Shown here in pieces: positions 45,514-53,859 of a DNA stretch of 53,859 nucleotides; positions within the stretch are counted from its first letter, which is position 1; each line of letters starts with the position of its first letter. The notes under the pieces are model-generated. The model was not told the DNA's origin. It worked only from the letters and a program-made list of their open reading frames with translations, and ran no database searches. Origin of the DNA: Nemertoderma westbladi (taxonomy: Eukaryota > Animalia > Xenacoelomorpha). Position numbers and translations under genes: made by a program. The stretch lies in the NCBI GenBank assembly GCA_032718475.1, contig JAUCBJ010008148.1, positions 1 through 53,859 on the forward strand, read 5' to 3'.

Positions 45514-47030
45514 GACATCCCCTGTCGAAGTCGAATATCTAATCCACCATTTAGACCCTAAATCTGCATCTAATGATTGTTTCCCCATTAAACTATTACA
45601 GTAGTCGGCTAAATTACTATCTATTCATCTATCTCACCTAATTAACCTATCGATCACTCAAGGCTTCTTCCCTAAGGCTCTTAAATCGGCCAAAGTCATA
45701 CCCATATTCAAGAGGGCCGACCCATCGGACACTAATAACTACCGACCTATTTCTCTTCTACCCGTAACAAGCAAACTGTACGAATCCATAATTAATAACC
45801 AACTACTCTCGTACCTAAAAAAATATTCCATTTGTCTAATTCTCAATTCGGCTTTCGCCCTAAATCTACAACATCCCAAGTTCTGCTATCCGTTGTAGAG
45901 AATATACACAAATACTTAGACCAAAAACTATTCACCAGTGCTATCTATATAGATCTAAAAAAGGCTTTCGACACTATTGATCACTCTATCCTAACCTCTA
46001 AGCTAAACTCCTATGGTATCCGGGGAATACCACAGCAACTACTCTCAAGCTTCCAAGATTCTAGAACCCAATTTGGTTCTATCGGTAACCACCATTCTTC
46101 TAGTCTACCTATTACATGTGGTGTTCCACAAGGTGCCATTATTTTGCCAATCCTATTCCTATTGTATATTAACGACCTTCCTAATGCTACCTCACTAATC
46201 TCAACATTATTTGCTGACGACATAACTCTTCATATAGCTAAACCTAATCTGGACTCTTTAATCTCCATAACTATCTCTGAATTATCTAAGATTGAGGATT
46301 GGCTATCAAACAACCGTCTATCTCTCAATATATCTAAGACTGAATATGCTATATACTCTAATTACCCTAATACTCATTCCGACCCAATACTAATTAACCA
46401 TTCTTACATTACTCGGAAACCACTTTCTAAATTTCTAGGGGTTCTAGTAGATGGCAACTTAAACTGGAAATCTCACATTAAACATATCACGTCTAAAATC
46501 TCTAGAACCTTCAGAATATTCTACATACTGCGTCATATATTTCCCCTTCGTATACTTCGCCAACTATATTTTTCACTTGTACAACCCAATTTATTATATG
46601 GCATTCTACTCTGGGGCAAAACCCATTCTTCTACCCTACAACCCCTATGTATAAAAATAAACAAACTCCTCCGCTGTAATACTTTCTCGCACTACCGAGC
46701 TTCTTCTAAACCTATCTATAAGTCTCTCGGCATTCTACCTATTGACCTCCTCTATCAGCACCAAGTAGGATCCCTCATGTACGATGTAAACGCTAACCTA
46801 TTTAAACCTGATTCTACTCTAGGCTCATTATTCACCAAAATTTCTCTGTACACAGATATCCAACTCGCCTTGCTACTACGGATGGTTTCTCTATTCCGAA
46901 GGTCCGCCTAACTTCCTCCAAAGCTCCCATGAATTATCAAGGCTCTTCAATTTGGAACGCACTACCATCTCAATTAAAACACTCAAAATCAAAAAAAGCA
47001 TTTTCGTCAGCGTATAAATACCACCTGTTA
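45514..47030 (+). mobile_element. CR1/L2-group LINE fragment (RT and 3' end)
   Basis: AKVIPIFK..NYRPISLL, SQFGFR, DLKKAFDTIDH, GVPQG, LFADD, KFLGV. Confidence 0.88.
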
Positions 47031-49058
47031 ATATAAACTTAGAGTATCATCTTACAACTGCAATTCAGTGAGAACACTTTCATCTAGGATAGCTATTAAA
47101 GACTTGTGTGATAAATCTGACATAATATTTTTGCAGGAGCATCTTCTGCCTCAGCAGGAGCTTAGCTACCTATCATCGATAGATAAGCGATTTATTCCTT
47201 ACTGTAAATCGCCTGTCGATTTATCTTCAGAGATTTTAGTGGGTCGGCCAAATGGCGGTCTAGCTGCTCTGGTTCGCCAAGACATATTACAATACGTACA
47301 TTACGATAAATCGGTTGATGATGATAGAATATTAGCGTTAAATGTCAATCAATGTGATGGTTCTAATTTATTGCTGCTTAGTGTTTATTTACCATATTTT
47401 TGTCCTGAAAACCACGATTTATTTATAGAATATTTAGGGAAACTCGAAGCCCTTATTGATGCGTCGGGAACTAATAAAGTTTGTATAATTGGAGATTTCA
47501 ATGCAGATCTACCAAAACCATTTTACACTGAACTCAGTGAGGCGAATGAGGCAAATGATTTACATATATCGGATGTAAAAAGATTGCCTCCAAACACGTT
47601 TACATTTGTAAGTGCTGCCCACAGCAGTAAATCGTGGTTAGATCATATAGTATGTACCTCGTCAGTTGATTCTACTGTAGAAAATGTTTCTGTGCTATAC
47701 GATTTAGTACAGGACGATCATATGCCATTATTTTTTGATTTGGGTGTTTCACTTAGCGCATGCTCCAGTGATGGTTCAGGATCAAATTCGTGTCAGGCTC
47801 CAGTTGTTGGGCAACCAAACTGGAGCCGGGCGAAACCATCCGACATCGCTGCATACTGCGCTGAGTTACACAATCAGTTGAAGAATATAGATATACCTAG
47901 TGCTTTGAATTGTACTGATTGCAAATGCACGGATCATAGAGACTGCTTAGATACTTTTTGGTCCTCTATCACTGGCGTTTTTAAAGCAGCTGCTGATAAG
48001 ACCATACCCAGTGGTAGATCAGCCAATAATGATAAAGAGTTCAATGTGCCTGGATGGAACGACTCCGTTAAGGAGAAATATCAATTGTCACGCTCTGCTT
48101 TTTTAGCTTGGCGCGAGGCCGGCTCGCCCAAGCAGGGAGAGATACATAGGAAATATTTGGCAGCGCGTGCTCTTTTTAAGCGAGCTTTTCGTATTTGTAA
48201 ACGTTCAGAAGCAAAATACAAGGCTGACAAACTAGCCGATTCGGTGCTACATAAAGATTTCAAAACTTTTTGGAATGATTTTAAGAAATCCATTAAAACT
48301 TCTATTCCACTACCCAAAGTTGTGGATGGGGCAGTGGGGGAAGATAATATTGGCGAATTATTCAAAAACGATTACGAGGAGCTCTTAAATTGTAATAAAG
48401 GAAAGCCCAATTTTAGTAATATAAAGGTTGATGATATTATTGGTGATGTTATTTTTTCAAAGGATATGATAATATATCCCTCGGAAATAAATTGTGCTAT
48501 TTCGAATTTAAAATTAGGAAAAACTGCTGGCCCAGACAGCATATCAGCTGAACATTTAGTTTACGCTAGTAGTTCTAGACTACATGTTATTTTATCATTG
48601 TTCTTAACGTCGCTAATTGTTCGTGGATATTTACCTAGTTCGATTATTGAATGTATTATTGTACCTATACTGAAGGATAGAAATGAGCCTATTGATATTA
48701 AATCTAATTATCGACCGGTTGCTATTGCAACAATCTTTAGTAAAGTTTTTGAATATGTTACTCTTTCTCGTATACAATCTTGCCTTATATGTAGTGATTT
48801 TCAGTTTGGTTTCAAAAAGAACTCAGGTACCGAATTAGCCATACATACTTTGCAAGAAATTATTGATTATTATTTGGACAATGATTCACCAGTTTATATT
48901 TGTTTCATAGATACATCCAAAGCGTTTGACCGTATTGAACACGACAAATTATTTTTGAAACTGATTGATAAAAAAGTGCCGATATATTTGGTCAGAATCT
49001 TTGCATACTGGTATAGAAATCAAGGTTTGATGGTCAAATGGGGTAACTACATTAGTGG

Positions 49059-49300
49059 CTGGCCACGAGAAAAGGGACCTTATGTCGCAAAACCTGATTC
49101 TGAGATAATCGCGTTTAAAGTTTCCCTCTATTTTTGAACAAATTTAATTGGATTATCAATTTAGAAATGTATAAAACGATGAGGGAAATTCAAATTGGTT
49201 CTGATATTCAATATACCTAAGAAATAACTAATTACAGGAAGCAATATAAGATGTTGCAGTGTTGTATATAACACTGTCTTAGTAACACTGCCAGTAATTT
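49059..49300. mobile_element. Short (~240 bp) non-coding insertion in the LINE RT
   Basis: Removing it restores WGNYISGKFGAYNGVKQGG. Boundaries are approximate and no TIR pair is seen. Confidence 0.6.
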
Positions 49301-49624
49301 ACTGGAAAATTTGGTGCTTATAATGGAGTAAAACAGGGTGGCATATGCTCCCCTTATTTTTTCAATGTTTATATGGATGACTTGTCACGTGCATTAATAG
49401 ACTGTAATGTAGGTTGTGCTATTGAAGGACGTAGAATTAATCACATTTCGTATGCGGATGATTTAGGTTTGATTTCCAACTCTGTGGTTGGTCTTCAAAA
49501 ACTAATGGAAAAATGTCAAGATTATGCCATAGGTCACAGTATTGTATTCAACTTAAAGAAAACGAAAGTAATGTTTCTAACGCCTAAACATTGTACGCAG
49601 CGTACAATGGCTTCGGTTTACTTG

Positions 49625-51545
49625 TGGGGCGAGCCACGAAGTTGGCGGAGCCTTAGCGAATTGACACTGTTAGGGGGTGGGTCAATTTATGCAAATAGTT
49701 GTCGTCGTCGTCATCGTCGTCGTCGTCGTTGTCGTCGTCGTCGTCGTTACGATTTTGACATGCTAATAACTTTGTCGGATTTAAAGCTGCCAAGTTGAAA
49801 ATTTGTAGGTATCAATATGAGCAAAAGTTGAGATTTTTGAGAGACTTTCAGACACCATCAGTGCAATGGTCTCCCGCTAGAGGGCCACATGTCTAAACAT
49901 TAAATGCCCTCCCATTTCTTTGCTTTTAATCCGTTTAAGCTGAAACTTGGCAGATATGTATTAGACCATTAGCTGTGACTTTCAAAGGAGGCGAATCCAT
50001 CTGCAGTTCTCCAGTCTGCCGCTAGAGGGCCAAAGGTCTGAAAGTGAAATCGTTGTCGTCGTTACGATTTTGACATGCTAATAACTTTGTCGGATTTAAA
50101 GCTGCCAAGTTGAAAATTTGTAGGTATCAATATGAGCAAAAGTTGAGATTTTTGAGAGACTTTCAGACACCATCAGTGCAATGGTCTCCCGCTAGAGGGC
50201 CACATGTCTAAACATTAAATGCCCTCCCATTTCTTTGCTTTTAATCCGTTTAAGCTGAAACTTGGCAGATATGTATTAGACCATTAGCTGTGACTTTCAA
50301 AGGAGGCGAATCCATCTGCAGTTCTCCAGTCTGCCGCTAGAGGGCCAAAGGTCTGAAAGTGAAATCGTTGTCGTCGTTACGATTTTGACATGCTAATAAC
50401 TTTGTCGGATTTAAAGCTGCCAAGTTGAAAATTTGTAGGTATCAATATGAGCAAAAGTTGAGATTTTTGAGAGACTTTCAGACACCATCAGTGCAATGGT
50501 CTCCCGCTAGAGGGCCACATGTCTAATCATTAAATGCCCTCCCATTTCTTTGCTTTTAATCCGTTTAAGCTGAAACTTGGCAGATATGTATTAGACCATT
50601 AGCTGTGACTTTCAAAGGAGGCGAATCCATCTGCAGTTCTCCAGTCTGCCGCTAGAGGGCCAAAGGTCTGAAAGTGAAATCGTTGTCGTCGTTACGATTT
50701 TGACATGCTAATAACTTTGTCGGATTTAAAGCTGCCAAGTTGAAAATTTGTAGGTATCAATATGTGCAAAAGTTGAGATTTTTGAGAGACTTTCAGACAC
50801 CATCAGTGCAATGGTCTCCCGCTAGAGGGCCACATGTCTAAACATTAAATGCCCTCCCATTTCTTTGCTTTTAATCCGTTTAAGCTGAAACTTGGCAGAT
50901 ATGTATTAGACCATTAGCTGTGACTTTCAAAGGAGGCGAATCCATCTGCAGTTCTCCAGTCTGCCGCTAGAGGGCCAAATGTCTGAAAGTGAAATCGTTG
51001 TCGTCGTTATGATATTGACATGCTTATAACTTTGTCGAATTTAAAGCTGCCAAGTTGAAAATTTGTTTTGTTGAAAATCAGTTCAACAGTCACCCGCTAT
51101 AGGACTACTTTATGCCTGAAAGTGAATAGATTCTCCCGTCTCATTGATTTTAATCAGTTTAAGCTGAATCTTGCCATATATTCTGGACCACATGCTGCGT
51201 CTTTGTGGGGGGGGGGGGGGGGGGAGATTTAATCGGTCTGCCGCTATACGACGAAATTTCTGAAAGTGAGATCCGTCTCTCATTTCGTTATCCGTTATTC
51301 AAGATGAAACTTGGCCGATGTACGTATGTACTATTCATCCATAGGCTGTGCCTTTGTGGGGCTGGAGACCCTAATCCATCTTCAGTTCTCACTATACCGC
51401 TAGAGTCAGAAATGTCTGAATAGAAATGAAAGAGGTAAAAAGTGATTAGGCGAAATCTGCTTAAAATTTGCTAATACAGTAATACTTTCGAATTAGTACT
51501 TAAATTAAATTTAAGTCACGTGCTGCGCGAAGGCCCCACTTCGTG
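49625..51545 (+). mobile_element. Non-autonomous Helentron/HINE (DINE-1-like) element with central satellite array
   Basis: Removal restores LINE frame SVYL|YGIPIV. Short asymmetric inverted ends, (GTC)n microsatellite near the 5' end, central tandem repeats, 3' stem-loop GCGCGAAG-GCCCCA-CTTCGTGT. Confidence 0.7.
49746..51065 (+). repeat. 315 bp tandem repeat, four full copies plus a partial
   Basis: Unit starts at 49746, 50061, 50376, 50691 and 51006; copies are almost identical. Confidence 0.95.
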
Positions 51546-52488
51546 TATGGTATACCCATTGTTAGGACTACTCAGTTTAAGTATTTAGGCTATATTTTAC
51601 ACGAAACCCGAGATGATGATTTTGATATAAAGAGGGCTACGCGCGGACTCTACGCGCGCGCTAACTCGTTAATACGTAAATATTCCCTGTGCTCTACAAC
51701 TGTAAAGCGTCTATTATTTATTTCATTTATAACTCCGCTATATTGCAATGCACTTTGGTGTCGTTTAAATTATTCAGATTCTGTATACAATCGTCTTAAA
51801 GTAGCGTATAATAAGGCAGCACGTTTATTTTTCAAAATACCGTTTAGGTCTAGCATGTCATTATTTTTTGGGATGAACAATATCCCAATGTTCACTCATT
51901 TACGTGCTCAATCAATTGACAGCATAACTAGAAGGTTGGACTCAAGTGATAGCTCAGTTATTGCTATTGTTAACAATTGTATTACTGGCTCCCGGTGGAA
52001 ATCAATGCGTACTATTTATTAATAATATTGTGCTACTTACATACATATTTAGTTCATTTAAATAAATAATTATTTTACTGTAGGACCATTGCTTATGTCC
52101 AGCAATTCGTTTTGTTGATACAAATTTATTGTTTTGGATGGATTAAAGAATATAATAATAATAATAATAATAATAATATCCCTGTAGTTAGGCCCATGCC
52201 CACTTTTTATATCTCACCACGTATCTTTTATTACAGTCGCTGCCATTTATTGCCTCTCAAAGTCTTCTATCCCAGAATGCTACTGCTACACTGTTCGGCT
52301 GACCATCAATTATATCTTGTATAATAAAGTTCAAAAACCAGACAAATTCTAGAGGAGCAGACACGCCCACCCACCCCCCCCCCCCCACCCCACCTCCAAC
52401 CCATCAATTTCCTGTCAGAGTAGCAGGCTATACTAGCTTCGCTATTGTCTGCTACTTCGTCATCATCATCACCTTTATCCAATGTTTG

Positions 52489-52612
52489 TGGGGCGAGCCA
52501 CAAAGTTGGCGGAGCCTAAGCGAATTGACACTGTTAGGGGGTGGGTCAATTTATGCAAATAGTTGTCGTCGTCATCGTCGTCGTCGTCGTCGTTGTCATC
52601 GTCGTCGTCGTT

Positions 52613-52647
<35 letters not shown>

Positions 52648-52978
52648 TACGATTTTGACATGCTAATAACTTTGTCGGATTTAAAGCTGCCAAGTTGAAA
52701 ATTTGTAGGTATCAATATGAGCAAAAGTTGAGATTTTTGAGAGACTTTCAGACACCATCAGTGCAATGGTCTCCCGCTAGAGGGCCACATGTCTAAACAT
52801 TAAATGCCCTCCCATTTCTTTGCTTTTAATCCGTTTAAGCTGAAACTTGGCAGATATGTATTAGACCATTAGCTGTGACTAACGACGACAACTATTTGCA
52901 TAAATTGACCCACCCCCTAACAGTGTCAATTCGCTAAGGCTCCGCCAACTTCGTGCTGCGCGAAGGCCCCACTTCGTG
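52489..52978 (+). mobile_element. Second, rearranged copy of the HINE-like element
   Basis: Same 5' end and 3' end as 49625-51545, one partial 315 bp unit, and an inverted copy of the 5' block at 52881-52955. Confidence 0.8.
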
Positions 52979-53024
52979 TATTGATATGATTGTCTAGGAA
53001 ATTGTTGAATTGAAAATTGAATTG

Positions 53025-53523
53025 ATAATGTTGGGATAAAAATTTTACCGAAGCTTATTTTCACTTATAATAGGTCATTTCATAGGACTATACAAATGAC
53101 GCCCATTGAAGTTAATAAGTTTAATGAAACTGAATTAGTTAATAGATTATATGGGAAATATAGACAAATTAATCACAAGAAAATAAAATTTAAAGTAGTT
53201 GATATAGTACGATTACCTATTGCTCGTACTGCTTTTGCTAAGGGCTATCGAGAACAATGGACTCGTGAATTATTTATTATTCATCGGGTCAGATTGGATA
53301 GAGTACCGGCGGTAATGTTTGATATTAAGGACAGCGCTGGTGCTATAATAAATGGTTCATTTTATTCATACGAACTCCAAAAGGTCCAACCGAGTAGTAA
53401 TATTTATCTTCTGATTGATAAAAATATGGGCAAACTTAAAGAACGGTGCATAATGGGAAAAAATAATATTTAGTCAGATTTATCGGGTCCAAGAAACAAT
53501 CTTGGATACAGCATATTAAATAA
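53025..53523 (+). pseudogene. Integrase 3' fragment of another Polinton B-family copy
   Basis: Near-identical to the reverse complement of ~25991-26170, and extends further (AFAKGY..WTRELF..GSFYSYELQKV..YLVRFIG). Confidence 0.9.
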
Positions 53524-53789
53524 GTTTAGGCTTATACTGTATATTAATTCATTGCGCAAATAATGGTCACATATGCGCATAATTAATCAATATTAACTTG
53601 AATGATATTACTATACTATACTGTAAGTCTAATATCTATAGTTCATTCGCTTTAAATATTGATCTCTCGCATATACTGTAGAAGCAATGAACGTGACGAC
53701 AGATGTCTATAATTTAACATTATACATTATGTACGTACAAGCGAGTCAAGTAGAGCAGAGAGCTTAAATAATAAGAATAATGGCCATAG

Positions 53790-53859
53790 TGTGACAGGAT
53801 CCGAGAATCCCGATTTATCCGGTAATCTTATTTTACGCGTCCCACCGTGTGAAAAGAGT
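53790..53859 (-). mobile_element. End of a related BEL LTR, running off the window
   Basis: TGTGACAGGATCC..ATCCCGATTTATCCGG is a diverged reverse complement of the LTR end CCGGATAAATCGGGAT..GGATCCCGTCACA. Confidence 0.75.

Larger units (their letters stand above)
47036..52177 (+). mobile_element. APE-RT LINE (possibly RTEX-like) interrupted by two insertions
   Basis: SYNCN, LQEH, GDFNAD, WLDHI, DDH; PGWN; QFGFK, DTSKAFD, GVKQGG, YADD, FKYLG; (AAT)n tail at ~52150-52177. Confidence 0.9.

Noticed and set aside
52475-52698. Poly-Arg and poly-Asp ORFs (also the tail of ORF 49373-49798)
   Set aside because: Translations of the (GTC)n microsatellite in the HINE-like element.

Overview
This is eukaryotic, most likely invertebrate animal, genomic DNA made almost entirely of nested mobile elements; I see no host gene. 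(1) 1-17638 is the right part of a near-complete Polinton/Maverick (endogenous adintovirus-like virus, element A). Gene order: dUTPase-like, protein-primed PolB split by a 1.8 kb TIR element, a TATA-binding-protein (TBP)-like gene, core protein, packaging ATPase, conserved ORF, integrase, two pentons, a DEDD/Maelstrom-like ORF, core protein, major capsid, adenain protease, then a repeat-rich end finishing in ACTACT. (2) 18.8-22.9 kb is a decayed second Polinton arm (possible PC4-like ORF hit by a tRNA/Deu-Nin SINE, plus a second PolB). It is cut by an RTE LINE that itself holds an antisense RTE LINE. (3) 26.0-45.5 kb is a minus-strand Polinton (element B: integrase, core, ATPase, RING-like ORF, terminus at 45513). 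It contains a young full-length 14.3 kb BEL/Pao LTR retrotransposon (539 bp LTRs, TACTG TSD) with an extra ORF encoding a WRN/EXD-type DEDDy exonuclease plus CCHC knuckles and no canonical tRNA primer site. (4) 45.5-53.9 kb holds two more LINEs, two Helentron/HINE-like elements (one with a 315 bp tandem array carrying CTCF-like motifs), another Polinton B integrase fragment and the end of another BEL LTR. The best leads are the Polinton-encoded TBP homolog with recurring GCATATAA and RFX-like motifs, and the exonuclease/zinc-knuckle gene in the BEL element. All protein calls come from recognising motifs by eye; no searches were run.
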